Translations under genes and position numbers: made by a program
Part shown: positions 27,312 to 38,000 of the stretch, in pieces
Layout: each line of letters begins with the position of its first letter
Numbering within the stretch: the first letter of the stretch is position 1
The notes under the pieces: generated by a model
The model's database searches: none
What the model saw: the letters and a program-made list of their open reading frames with translations, nothing else
Told to the model about the DNA's origin: nothing
Assembly: GCA_018882895.1 (NCBI GenBank)
Contig: VERF01000004.1
Location: 554 to 64,553, forward strand
Origin: Candidatus Kapaibacterium sp.
Lineage (GTDB): Bacteria > Bacteroidota > Ignavibacteria > Kapaibacteriales > Kapaibacteriaceae
DNA length: 64,000 nucleotides
Direction: 5' to 3'

Positions 27312-29042
27312 ATGTCAGACCAGCAACACTACATCGTCACGGCCCGTAAATGGCGTCCCCTGCGCTTTCATGACGTCGTAGGGCAGGAGCATATTACAAC
27401 AACGCTGAAAAACGCCATTTCCATGAAGAGGGTTCATCATGCATACCTCTTTACCGGACCCCGAGGCGTTGGCAAAACGACGTGTGCCCGGATTCTGGCC
27501 AGAGCTCTGAATTGCACGAATCCCACCGACCAGGAGCCTTGCAATGCGTGCGAGAACTGCACCAACATGCTCGAAGGTCGGAACATGGACATCGTCGAGA
27601 TCGACGGTGCGTCCAACAACAGCATTGACGACGTTCGAAAGCTCCGCGACAACGTCAAGTACGCTCCCGTATCGGGCGCCTACAAGATGTACATCATCGA
27701 CGAAGTCCACATGCTTTCAACGGCGGCCTTCAACGCCCTGCTGAAGACGCTGGAGGAGCCCCCTGCCCACCTGATCTTCGTGTTCGCAACAACCGAGATC
27801 AACAAGGTTCCGGCCACGATCCTGAGTCGGTGTCAGAGATTTGATTTCCGACGCATGGAGATCGACACGATCGCACAGCACCTTGCCCACATTGCGTCGG
27901 CCGAGGGAATCAGCATTGATGAGGAGTCGCTCATTGCCATCGCCAAGAAGGCCGATGGCTCGATGCGCGACTCACAGTCGATCTTCGACATGGTCGTGTC
28001 GTTCTGCGGCACGTCCATCACCATAGCCGACCTTGGGCGTGCGTTGCAGTTCATCGATGCGGACTTCTATTTCACGCTAAGCGACGCCATCGTCGGACGT
28101 GACATCCCGAAGATGTTCGAACAGGCGCGCATCGTGGTTCAGCGCGGATACGACCTGCAGGAGTGCTTGATCGGATTGCTAGAGCACTTTCGCAATATCC
28201 TGTCTGTCATCACCACCGGCGGTACGGGGCTGATCGAGGCCTCCAAGGCCGACCTTGAGCGATACAGTGACGCGGCAAAGCGCTTCACCAAGGCCGATGC
28301 TCTGCGGATCATGACCCTTATCTCTCAGGGTGAGGCGGCGCTTCGGCAGCACCCACCCCAGCCACGCGTGCGGTTCGAGTTCACACTCGTTCAGCTGGCG
28401 GCTATGGACTCCACGGTCGACCTCGGTACGGTGCTGGCGGCGCTTCAGAATCCGGCCACTGCACAGCGTTCCGCCCCAGCCCTTCCGTCGTCGATCCCTT
28501 CGGCTGCGAGTCAATCGATTGTCGGCGGAGTAGCAACGGCTCAGCATGTTCCCGTACGGCTCGGAACACCGATCGTGATGCGAGCGTCATCCTCCCCGGT
28601 GAGTTCGCTCTCGTCATCGAATCTTGCCCGGAGATGGGCCCAGTGGGTAGAGACCCTTCCTGAAAGCCTTGCGATCGTCCAACAGTCCGTTCGTCAGAAT
28701 CTCGTCAGAGCCGACGTCACGGATGTCGGTATCGTTCTTCATACGACCTCAACAGTAATGCATCAGCGCCTGCAGGACTCACTGCCGACGCTCAAGGAAC
28801 ACCTGGCCACCACCTACGGGGTGGCTGTGGGTGTGAACATCGTGCTGAATTCTCGCACGCAGGCATCGTCTGCCCCAACTCAGCTTTGCAGCGAGCAGGT
28901 GCGGCCCACAGGGCCAGTGACCATTAGGGTGGCAGACGATGCCCCTGCGGCGGCGACGTCAACTTCCGACAGACTCCTCCCAATTGAGGAAACGCTCATA
29001 GAACTTTTCGGTGCGCGTCGGTCGACGGCACCCCGGAGATGA
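27312..29042 (+). CDS. dnaX: DNA polymerase III subunit gamma/tau
   Basis: ARKWRPLRFHDVVGQEH, Walker A GPRGVGKTT, zinc module CTNPTDQEPCNACENC, IIDEVHMLS and SRCQRFDF. ATG at 27312 verified. Confidence 0.95.
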   Translation: MSDQQHYIVTARKWRPLRFHDVVGQEHITTTLKNAISMKRVHHAYLFTGPRGVGKTTCARILARALNCTNPTDQEPCNACENCTNMLEGRNMDIVEIDGASNNSIDDVRKLRDNVKYAPVSGAYKMYIIDEVHMLSTAAFNALLKTLEEPPAHLIFVFATTEINKVPATILSRCQRFDFRRMEIDTIAQHLAHIASAEGISIDEESLIAIAKKADGSMRDSQSIFDMVVSFCGTSITIADLGRALQFIDADFYFTLSDAIVGRDIPKMFEQARIVVQRGYDLQECLIGLLEHFRNILSVITTGGTGLIEASKADLERYSDAAKRFTKADALRIMTLISQGEAALRQHPPQPRVRFEFTLVQLAAMDSTVDLGTVLAALQNPATAQRSAPALPSSIPSAASQSIVGGVATAQHVPVRLGTPIVMRASSSPVSSLSSSNLARRWAQWVETLPESLAIVQQSVRQNLVRADVTDVGIVLHTTSTVMHQRLQDSLPTLKEHLATTYGVAVGVNIVLNSRTQASSAPTQLCSEQVRPTGPVTIRVADDAPAAATSTSDRLLPIEETLIELFGARRSTAPRR

Positions 29043-29518
29043 TCATCATGGCACTTCAGAACGGCACAAAGGCACCGGCGATCAAGGCAAAGACCGACTC
29101 AGGCGGGGCGTTCACACTGTCCTCCTGCAAGGGGGCGTGGGTGGTCCTGTACTTTTATCCGAAGGACGACACGTCGGGCTGCACAGCCGAGGCCTGCGAC
29201 TTTCGTGATGCGATGTCGGACCTTACCAAGCGCGGCGTAACGGTCGTTGGTGTGAGCCCCGACAGTCCAGCGTCTCACGACCGGTTCAAAGCCAAGTATG
29301 ATCTGAACTTCACGCTTGTGTCCGACGAGGACCACGCCATCTGCGAGGCCTACGACACATGGAAACAGAAGTCCATGTACGGCCGCACATATATGGGTGT
29401 GGAACGAACCACGTACATCATCAACCCTGCCGGGAAGATCGTCGCAACCTTCGAGAAGGTAAAGGTCAACGGACACGTCGATCAGGTCAGTGCGGCGCTC
29501 ACCGAGCTGAGTGCCTGA
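29039..29518 (+). CDS. bcp: Thiol peroxidase Bcp/PrxQ (peroxiredoxin)
   Basis: WVVLYFYPKDDTSGCTAEACDFRD active-site context. 159 aa. The start overlaps the dnaX stop. Confidence 0.9.
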   Translation: MIIMALQNGTKAPAIKAKTDSGGAFTLSSCKGAWVVLYFYPKDDTSGCTAEACDFRDAMSDLTKRGVTVVGVSPDSPASHDRFKAKYDLNFTLVSDEDHAICEAYDTWKQKSMYGRTYMGVERTTYIINPAGKIVATFEKVKVNGHVDQVSAALTELSA

Positions 29519-29521
29519 TCG

Positions 29522-31129
29522 ATGATCGATACCCATGCCCACATCGACACCGAGGTGTTCGAGGGCGACCGGGATCAGATGCTTGAGCGTGCCTTCGCAG
29601 CCGGAATGGAGGCGATCATCGTGCCCGACATCAAGCCGTCGACGCGCCCGCATCTCAAGAGTGTTGTCGACTCACATCGGCGTTTGTTTCGCGGCGTGGG
29701 CATTCATCCTCATCACGCCGGTGAGGTCGACCATCATGACCTTGATCTGGTGATGCAACAAAGTCATGAAGACAAGGTGGTGGCCATCGGTGAGATAGGG
29801 CTCGACTACTACTATGACTTCTGCACTCCTGAGATACAGAAGTCGTACTTTCGCGAGCAGTTGAAGATCGCAAAGTCGCGGTCACTTCCGGTGATCATCC
29901 ACAATCGGGAAGCCGACGAGGACGTCCTCCGGATTCTTGAGGAGGAACAGGACGGAACGCTCCGCGGCGTTCTGCATTGTTTCTCAAGCGGTGTTGACGT
30001 CCTTGATCGAGCCATCGGACTGGGTATGCACGTCTCGTTCACCGGCAACATCACCTTTGCGCGCTTCACACTACACGAGGTACTTCATCGTGTCCCCCGT
30101 GACCGTTTTATGCTCGAAACCGATTCACCATACATGACACCAGTTCCTCATCGAGGCAAGCGCAACGAACCGGCCTATGTTCAACTGGTCGCGGAAAAAT
30201 TCTCGGAGATCACCGGAATGACACTATCGGACGTACTCGAAAGCACAACCGCCACGGCACGACGTTTCTTTGGACTTGTTGTGGCACTGTTGGTCATCAC
30301 ATTGGGAGCGACCGCGCAGCCAGCGGCTCCAGATCCGGACAGATACGACGTTGATTCGGACTATGATGTGGCCTACGAGAACTACCAAGTCGATTCGGCC
30401 TCCTGGGCTCGCCTGGTAAAGCCCCGTTCATTCGGATTCGGCATCAGTGTGGGATCCAACACGATCACCGAGCGCCGGATCTATCGGCAACTTTACAATC
30501 GTGACCTCGCCAGTGGGCCGACGTGGAGAAGTGATCTTGACTCCACTGCATCATTCTCATATCCTTCAATCCTGAGCTTTGGAGGCACAGTGGCACTGCA
30601 GGCCTCGGATCGGCTAATGCTTGAGGCCACCTACGTCAACACCCGAAACGACAGCAAACAAAAGCTATACAATCTGCCAATCATCACGACGCATATTGCT
30701 GAAGCCACGATGCTCTATGCGCTCAATCCCTATAATAAGGTCAACTTCATCCCGCAGATCGGAATGGCGTATGCCTATACTGACGATGGTGTTCAGACCA
30801 CCTCCAAACTGGGGATTGTTGGCGGTATCGGCGCGGGAGTGGCCATTCCGACCTCATTCGGGACGTTCTACCCGATGTTCAACGTTCGATTCAATTTCAT
30901 GCTCGGGCAGGATCTCAAGCAGGTCGTGCGCACGGAGTTTGTCGATGAAGAGGACAAGGCCAAAGCGTGGTATAACGCGTCGATGACCCGGCCCGACCCA
31001 CTTGCGCCCAATTCCGGAACGGCCGTATACTACGATGAGACCAAGAACCGGTATTCTCAGGACCTGGCCGATATCACGACGATCTACTCGATCCCGCGGC
31101 TGACGATCCTGTTCTATCCGAACTTCTGA
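29522..31129 (+). CDS. TatD-family metal-dependent hydrolase/DNase fused in frame to a TM segment and a beta-rich domain of about 270 aa
   Basis: aa 1-252 carry TatD motifs (IDTHAHID, GEIGLDYYY, VIIHNREA, LHCFSG-like LHCFSS, LETDSPYM). aa 247-266 form a hydrophobic helix preceded by RR. aa 267-535 are beta-rich and end ..LTILFYPNF, an OMP-like terminal Phe. Confidence 0.75.
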   Translation: MIDTHAHIDTEVFEGDRDQMLERAFAAGMEAIIVPDIKPSTRPHLKSVVDSHRRLFRGVGIHPHHAGEVDHHDLDLVMQQSHEDKVVAIGEIGLDYYYDFCTPEIQKSYFREQLKIAKSRSLPVIIHNREADEDVLRILEEEQDGTLRGVLHCFSSGVDVLDRAIGLGMHVSFTGNITFARFTLHEVLHRVPRDRFMLETDSPYMTPVPHRGKRNEPAYVQLVAEKFSEITGMTLSDVLESTTATARRFFGLVVALLVITLGATAQPAAPDPDRYDVDSDYDVAYENYQVDSASWARLVKPRSFGFGISVGSNTITERRIYRQLYNRDLASGPTWRSDLDSTASFSYPSILSFGGTVALQASDRLMLEATYVNTRNDSKQKLYNLPIITTHIAEATMLYALNPYNKVNFIPQIGMAYAYTDDGVQTTSKLGIVGGIGAGVAIPTSFGTFYPMFNVRFNFMLGQDLKQVVRTEFVDEEDKAKAWYNASMTRPDPLAPNSGTAVYYDETKNRYSQDLADITTIYSIPRLTILFYPNF

Positions 31130-31131
31130 TC

Positions 31132-31752
31132 ATGGCCGTGATTCTCACAGGCACAGCCCTGTCGACCGATCTGGCAACGATCCGAGCAAAGGACGCTCCG
31201 ATCGATGTGTTCCGCACAGCTGTCCACAGGATCGGACTTCACTTGGCATCGGCTACGCTGAACGCTCTGCCGGCCAAGACCATTGACGTGACGACTCCGT
31301 TGGAGACCACCGCTTGCTCAGTGATCGACGGACACGTCGTCCTTGTTCCGATCCTACGAGCCGGCATGGGAATCCTCGACCCGTTCATTGCGCTGTGTCC
31401 ACAGGCCTCAGTCGGCTTCATCGGTCTAAAGCGCAACGAGGAAACGCTCGAGCCACACGAGTACTATCGGAACCTACCTCCATCGGATCCGGCTACCACG
31501 TTCATCGTGCTCGATCCGATGCTGGCCACCGGCGGCAGCATGAGTGCAACACTTTCCATGCTTCGCCCCCTTCCACACCAGCGCCTCTTGGCGGCATGTC
31601 TGATCGCCTCGCCCGAGGGCATCTCCGCGATCGAGTCCGAGCATCCGGATGTGACGCTGTTCTGTGCGGCATTGGACCGCGAACTCAACTCTCTTGGATA
31701 CATTGTTCCGGGGCTGGGCGATGCCGGTGATCGCCTCTTCGGAACGTCATAA
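31132..31752 (+). CDS. upp: Uracil phosphoribosyltransferase
   Basis: PILRAGMG, PRPP loop VLDPMLATGGS and C-terminal GYIVPGLGDAGDRLFGT. Confidence 0.93.
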   Translation: MAVILTGTALSTDLATIRAKDAPIDVFRTAVHRIGLHLASATLNALPAKTIDVTTPLETTACSVIDGHVVLVPILRAGMGILDPFIALCPQASVGFIGLKRNEETLEPHEYYRNLPPSDPATTFIVLDPMLATGGSMSATLSMLRPLPHQRLLAACLIASPEGISAIESEHPDVTLFCAALDRELNSLGYIVPGLGDAGDRLFGTS

Positions 31753-31775
31753 TCATTTTACGAAAGGACCTTTCC

Positions 31776-31982
31776 ATGACAATTCTGCACTTTGGCGAGC
31801 ACAGCGTTCCGTATGCAGACATTCTCAATGCCCGCGTCAACTGCAGCTTCAATACTGCCGAGATCTACGTTGATATTGAAGTTCAGGGAGGGGGCGTCAT
31901 GAGCCTTAATCTGCCGGACTCACTCAGCTTCATGGATGCGTTCATCAATCACATCCGCAGCGAGAAGAACATCACGAAGTGA
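31776..31982 (+). CDS. Small hypothetical protein (68 aa)
   Basis: ORF only. It sits 24 nt after upp on the same strand, and its 3' end overlaps the convergent aminotransferase gene by 11 nt. No motif recognised. Confidence 0.4.
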   Translation: MTILHFGEHSVPYADILNARVNCSFNTAEIYVDIEVQGGGVMSLNLPDSLSFMDAFINHIRSEKNITK

Positions 31983-33132
31983 TCGTTCCGAGATAAAGGC
32001 GCACTGAAGCAACGAGAGCTTCAAGATCGGCCTCAGACGTGTGCGCATGAACGCTGAATCGCAGCATCGGCCTGCCCAGCCACTCATGAACCACGACCTC
32101 GATGGAACGCTGATCGTAGAGCCAGTTCTTCATTTCGACGACGTTGACGTTTTCCGGAAGGAGCACGGTCCCAAGCTGAAGCATGGGGTCTGCTCCTTCC
32201 GCTCGTATTGAGACCACCCCATCAATGGCAGCGAGTTGTGCCTCGGTTGCACTTGTCAGTGCTCGAGATCTGCGCTGTACTTCCTCCCAATCAGACCGGC
32301 GCATCCATTCAAGCGCAAACGGAACAGTCAGAAACGGGCTGTGGTCGCGCGTACCAAGAAACTCGTTCTCGTCAACAAACATCCCATCTCCAACCGTCGG
32401 AATATCCGAGCCCCAACTGACAACCAGCGCCGGCAGGGTCGAGCGGTACTTATTCGACGTCCACATGAATGCACTTCCCTTGGGCGTGCACATCCACTTG
32501 TGGCAGTTCCCGGTGTAGAAGTCGGCACCAAGCTCCGAGAGATTCAGGTGGATATGACCCGGTACATGCGAGCCATCGATCACCGTAATGATGCCGGCCT
32601 TGCGCGCGCGTGCGCATAGCTCTTCGACGGGCATGCGAAGTCCTGTCGGACTCGTGATGTGACTGATGAAGAGCAGTCGCGTCCGGTCATTGACGCCTGA
32701 CCAGATAAGCTCACAGAGCTCGTTCATTGAGGGGGCAGGCATCGGTATTGCAATGCGGCGCCATACCGCCCCTTTGTCGATCGCATACTGCTTCCACGCG
32801 CGATCGCAGGCTCCATATTCATGATCCGTCGTCAGTATCTCGTCGCCCGGTTGTAGCATTTCGCCAAATGCATGCGCCGCAACGTTCACTCCATAGGTTG
32901 AATTCGAGACGTAGGCCAGATTGGCAGCATCGGCCCCGAGATACTCAGAAAGGGCCTGACGTGCCGTGCGCATGTGATGCATCAGCTCGCGGAAATAGAG
33001 CACCGGCTGCGATTCGAGTCGCTCGATCCATCGACGCTGCTCTTCGAGTATCAAACGCGGGCACGCACCGAAGGAGCCGTGATTGAGAAAGATCACATCA
33101 TCACGCAGAATGAAGTCCGCACGATTCGGCAT
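31972..33132 (-). CDS. Class-V aminotransferase (cysteine desulfurase / isopenicillin-N epimerase-like), PLP-dependent
   Basis: Fold-type I layout with the PLP-Lys context GNCHKWMCTPKGSAFMW. 386 aa. Confidence 0.8.
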   Translation of the reverse strand: MPNRADFILRDDVIFLNHGSFGACPRLILEEQRRWIERLESQPVLYFRELMHHMRTARQALSEYLGADAANLAYVSNSTYGVNVAAHAFGEMLQPGDEILTTDHEYGACDRAWKQYAIDKGAVWRRIAIPMPAPSMNELCELIWSGVNDRTRLLFISHITSPTGLRMPVEELCARARKAGIITVIDGSHVPGHIHLNLSELGADFYTGNCHKWMCTPKGSAFMWTSNKYRSTLPALVVSWGSDIPTVGDGMFVDENEFLGTRDHSPFLTVPFALEWMRRSDWEEVQRRSRALTSATEAQLAAIDGVVSIRAEGADPMLQLGTVLLPENVNVVEMKNWLYDQRSIEVVVHEWLGRPMLRFSVHAHTSEADLEALVASVRLYLGTITS

Positions 33133-35030
33133 CAGCGTCGCTCCTTGATGATCGCGCGCACGCAGCGATTACCGACGCGCCCCATCGGGGTGCGATTCAT
33201 CGTATCATTCGTCACCATGGTCTCGACGGTGATGCGGGACGCATCTGCACCGAGGAGCTCTGCCACGGCATCAGCGCGCTTGCGTGCAAGCCCCTTGTTC
33301 GACTCTACTGTGCCGATGTTGTCGGTGGAGGCAATGAGGGTAACCTCGGATCCTGCCTTCAGCGCTGTACGCACAGCATCAAGCTCCCGTTCGTTCACGT
33401 TCCGAAGTGCGGAACTGTTGAAATCGAAGTAGCACAAGGCCCGAGCAGCAGAAGCGCCGGTTGCATAGGGGTCGACCTGACGGATCGTAAGCGTGCTGTC
33501 AGCGTATCCCGCCGTAACGATGCGCTCCTGACGATCCTCATCAACGTAGGTGCCGACGCTGACGGATGAACTGATCGTCAGTCGACCACTTCCACGTCCG
33601 ATCGTCATGGTATCCAGCCTCAGCCAGTACGTCGGCCCCGTGCCGTTGAGACCCAGCGGTGTTCCGTTGATATCACCCTGCACGGTCTGCCGGCACGTAG
33701 TATCACACGTCATCACGTGCGCAAAGTCTATCCTGCCCGGAAGGAGTGCTTCGCTACTTGTTGATTCAATGGCCGTCAGAATCGCTGGACGGTCGTTCAG
33801 CAGGAATGATACGCTTCGGTGTTCGTCGAGCAGGATCGAATCATCAGGCATTGCCGGCGTTTCGGTGCGAACGGCTATCCTGGCAGGATCAATGCCAAGC
33901 TGACGAATGGTCCAGAGGAATCTCTCTTTGGCAAGGACCGGTGGCTCGTCTGCGGCGGCCGACCCAATAATGGTCACCCTTAGTGCTGGATTGGCCATCA
34001 TGGTAGAGCGCACAGCTTCGATCGTACGCTGTTGCAGACGCTCACGGTCCGTTTCGCCGGCAAGGGGCGTGGTGGAATTCGTCTCGAAGAAGAGCACTGA
34101 TGGAACGTCATACCTGGTCTGCACAACGCTCCGCTTAATGACGGGCACAACAATCGTATCAGCCTCGGTGGCAAAGACGATCCGTGATGACAACGTAGGC
34201 ACACGGGGTTCCACCACTGGCGGTGGCGGTGGTGGCGGTGGTGGTGGCGCTTCCGGGTCGGGCTTCGGAATAGCGTAGCGAACCGATGCGCCCAGACGCA
34301 GCGATGATGCCGACCACTGAAGCGACGACGTCAGATTCGTCAGCCCGAACTGGTAGCCGATCTCGGGAGAGAACTCGAGTCCTGATTGAAACACCAGCGG
34401 CCACGACGCCGCGATGGTTGCAAACACTTGCGTTGATGCATTGGGAAGATCGCCGTTGAACGCATTGCGCACGCGCGAGCCATCGGAAAAGGTCACGCCT
34501 GCGTCGGCCGGCTCGACGAGTTCCTCCTGCTGGGTGAAGGTCGGGCCAAGTGGAAGGCCGATCATGCCACCGAGCCGAAGCCGAAGCGGCAACGAGGCAA
34601 GGGGGCGAGCACTCACAAAGGGCTCAATACCGATGACGCCATACGCTGCGGTTACGGTGTGGCGCGCAATTCCCTCAGAGACCGTAGACCCTCGGATCAC
34701 ATAAGAGATGAACTCATCCTCTTCCAGCGTAGCCGAAAGGTCTGTCCATGACAAGCGTGCGCCGATGCGGATCGGCTCATCACCAAGGGTTGAACCAAGA
34801 TCGTAGGTGATCGAAGCCCCAAGTGACGGGCCGATGCCACTACCGCCTGTAAATGTGGCGCAACATGAGGGAAATCGCGCATCGATGCGACTGAAATCGG
34901 CCCTGTGGATGTTGTATCCAACGGATACATCGGCCTGAACAGCGAGCCTCGTCAGCCCCGTGTCCGTCTGTCCGTTTGTACTCTGCAAGCCGCCGATGAT
35001 GACGGCCAGTGCAATCAGGCCAACCTTCAT
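33132..35030 (-). CDS. OmpA-family outer-membrane protein: N-terminal beta-barrel-like domain, poly-Pro linker, OmpA_C-like domains
   Basis: Signal peptide MKVGLIALAVIIGGLQS, an uninterrupted Pro run EAPPPPPPPPPPVVEP, and C-terminal FDFNSSALRN...STDNIGTVESNKGLARKRADAVAELLG. Confidence 0.8.
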   Translation of the reverse strand: MKVGLIALAVIIGGLQSTNGQTDTGLTRLAVQADVSVGYNIHRADFSRIDARFPSCCATFTGGSGIGPSLGASITYDLGSTLGDEPIRIGARLSWTDLSATLEEDEFISYVIRGSTVSEGIARHTVTAAYGVIGIEPFVSARPLASLPLRLRLGGMIGLPLGPTFTQQEELVEPADAGVTFSDGSRVRNAFNGDLPNASTQVFATIAASWPLVFQSGLEFSPEIGYQFGLTNLTSSLQWSASSLRLGASVRYAIPKPDPEAPPPPPPPPPPVVEPRVPTLSSRIVFATEADTIVVPVIKRSVVQTRYDVPSVLFFETNSTTPLAGETDRERLQQRTIEAVRSTMMANPALRVTIIGSAAADEPPVLAKERFLWTIRQLGIDPARIAVRTETPAMPDDSILLDEHRSVSFLLNDRPAILTAIESTSSEALLPGRIDFAHVMTCDTTCRQTVQGDINGTPLGLNGTGPTYWLRLDTMTIGRGSGRLTISSSVSVGTYVDEDRQERIVTAGYADSTLTIRQVDPYATGASAARALCYFDFNSSALRNVNERELDAVRTALKAGSEVTLIASTDNIGTVESNKGLARKRADAVAELLGADASRITVETMVTNDTMNRTPMGRVGNRCVRAIIKERR

Positions 35031-38000
35031 CGGATCACCACCAATGCAGCCGAAGAGACATATCCGTTGGCATCAAGAACCACCCGGTATGTACCCGGAC
35101 GTAGGTTCAACAAGTCCATGCGATGTTCAACGGTGCCGACAGGGACGTCGAATGCGGCATCAGACACAACAGCTCCCTGAGCATCAATGATCCGCAGTCG
35201 AACTCTTTCCACCTCTCGGTCGGAGACAACCCCGATGGTTACTTGATCCGACGTTGGATTCGGGAAGATGCCGCCGATGATCGGTCCTGTGGGGAATCGC
35301 AAGTGCCTCGTAGGATCAGGATTGGCAATGCGCAGCAGTGCCGACCCGTAGGTGGTCGTGACAACACGGCTGAATCCGGCCGACGTCGAGTCGAAAAGCA
35401 TAACCGAAGAATCCTGCTGGCCGATACCGGCCGGGCCGATTAGCCAGATGGCCGTGTCCTGACGGTTGAACGAGCGTTCCACCCGGAAGCGGATCTTGCG
35501 GCGTCCACCGCTGACGTCTTGGGAGAGGATCTCCCCTGAGCCCCCTAACACCTCGATGCTCTGAGCAAGGAAGTGGTGCTCGTCGATGTCGACAATGACT
35601 TCGAGGGGGCGAACTCCATCATAGCGGACGTTTTCGGTTACCGAGGTGATCACCGGAATACGGACGATCTTGCGTGGGTCGACCGTGACGCTCTGCGGGC
35701 GCACGATGGCCGTACCCGAATAAGCCATCAGACGAACCTGGGCGTTGACGGCGCACGGTGTGAACCGGAACGTCAGGAAATCGTTGCCGCTGATCGGGCT
35801 GCCATCATGTGTCACCGTGAACACCAGCGAGTCACCGGGCGCAATGACAGTTGGGACAACCAGATCGGTCGTAAAGGGAGCGCCGGCAGTGAGTGTCACC
35901 TCAGAAAGCGTTGCGGGCGATGCAGAACGATTCCTAAGCACCATGTTCCGCTGCGTACGTTCGGGAATGAAGGCCAAGGTTGGATGAGAGACGGATATCT
36001 CGTCACCGGCGCCTCGCCCCGTCACGCGGATCGAACGATATATGATGTTCTGACCGGCATAGGCGATCACAACCTCATCGGTGTCGCTCCCTCGCAGTCG
36101 CGGCAGGAAAAGCACTTCGATCTGAATACTTGCACCCGGCGCAAGCTGCTCGCCAGGCGTGTAGCCTCGTATGCGGAACTGTGACGCCGTGCCCTTTCGC
36201 ATGAACATCCCGTCGATCACCACCGGCACGGGGTCATTGTTGCGTATTACAGCAAAGGTGCGACGGGAGGTGTCGCCAACACAGATATCACCAAATGAGG
36301 TGAGATCACCAAACGTGGTAAGGTCACGGTCTACCGAACGGACACGCAGCGGAACGCGGATCGTGCGGTCACATGCCCTAAGCTCAAATGTGTCAGTCAG
36401 AAGACCGGTGTCGCGGGGCACTGCGCGGAACCGAAGTTGTACGCATTCTCCGGGAGCAACGGTGTCTGGACGAAAGGCCTCCGGCATGGTCACCCACAAC
36501 GAATCCTGCAGTCCGCCGGTATTGAAAACCGCCGATACGGCACCTCGGTTGCAGATCTCACCGGTGATGACGGTGTCGATCCGCGATCCGATCAAACGAT
36601 CGCCGAACGATATCGTCGGCGTCGACATGTCAGGGGGCATGATGGCCAGCACGCCGTCACTGAGATCGGTCTCAGGGTTGATGATTCGGCGAAGCAGAAG
36701 ATTCTGCTGCAGGTCATTCGAGCACGATGCGAGGGTCGACCCATCAGGTCCGTACTCAATGTCGTTCATCAGCAGATTATGTCCGGGCATACCGGGAATC
36801 CCTCCCAGCATGCGACGTTGCTGCACGTCGTACTGCTGGATCTGCGGCTGACCTTGGGCGCCGAGGGTGACAAAGGTCTCGCTCGGATTGATGGTCACAC
36901 CCACGAGGTTCAGACCTTCGCGATAGATCACTCGGATCAATGACGTTGTGCGGGTATCGTACAGGAACGTCCGTTGTTCCTGCGGCGAATTGCCGGCACC
37001 AGCATCGGCCACGCCTGCCAGGGCAATGAGACCATTCGAGCGTGAGACGGTGAGCGTCTGCATGAGAGGAGCACCGATGCGCAGCAGCGATGTGGTATAA
37101 CGAGCCTCCAGAGCCCCGGTCTCGGGTGACAGGCGGACCACATCACCGTTGATGAGTGAGACATTGATCAAACTATCGGCGAACCGAACCGCCGATATCG
37201 GCGCATCAAGTGTGATGCCGGAGCGAACCGCCAGTGACGCTCCATCGTGGACGCGCACATTGGCCGTAAGGGGGCCTGCAACATAGACCGTTGTGCCGGC
37301 GGCGTTTGCGCAGACTTCCGTCACTTCGGGAATGTCTGCGTCGACGGTTGACGTTGGCCTCTCGGTGCCCGACGTCAGCCGCACGATCTGGTCACGCGCT
37401 GGTGCCGGCCTATTGACTACTGCAAGCAGGTCTCGCGTTGATCCCGCATAGCTCAGTGTCGTGATCTTGATTCCCGGAATGGTCGTGCCATCCACCACAT
37501 ACCTGTTCACGATCTGAGATGTTCTGATGTCCCACTCAAGCACGGTACCATTTTGATAGGCCGAACTGATGTATCGTCCATCACTCGAAAACGCAAGGTT
37601 GGTTGCCTGCGAGCGTTCACCGGCCAGCCAACGAGAATCCGATGCTCCCTGCTTCTGGTACACGCGAATTCGCAGACTGTCTGTGTACTCCAGCGGGACG
37701 TCCCAGACAACCGATGAGTCCATCGTCGAATCGATGAACTTCCACGAACGACCATTGTTGACCGAGTATTCTACGAAGGTCGAGAAGCCCTGGATAGCCC
37801 CTTTCCATGTGATCGGCAGGCGCTGGCAGGGGGCGATGCGCTCACCGCCGTTGGGACTGATGAGTTGCAGAAGTGTCGATGGTTGATACGTGGGTGTATT
37901 GGCAAACAGCATCACCGAATGGCGCTGTCCACCTTCATACACCACTGTCAGCACGTCGCTGATCGGGCCGGGCTTACTTGGACGGAAGACCAGGTCGATC

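Noticed and set aside
27312-29042. Programmed -1 frameshift in dnaX (tau/gamma)
   Set aside because: I did not see an A AAA AAG-type slippery heptamer or an obvious downstream hairpin while reading the gene. This cannot be excluded without a systematic scan, but nothing supports it.
34195-34250. GGC/GGT-rich simple repeat
   Set aside because: It is the antisense of a CCN run encoding the poly-proline linker of the OmpA-like protein. It is a coding low-complexity tract, not an independent element.
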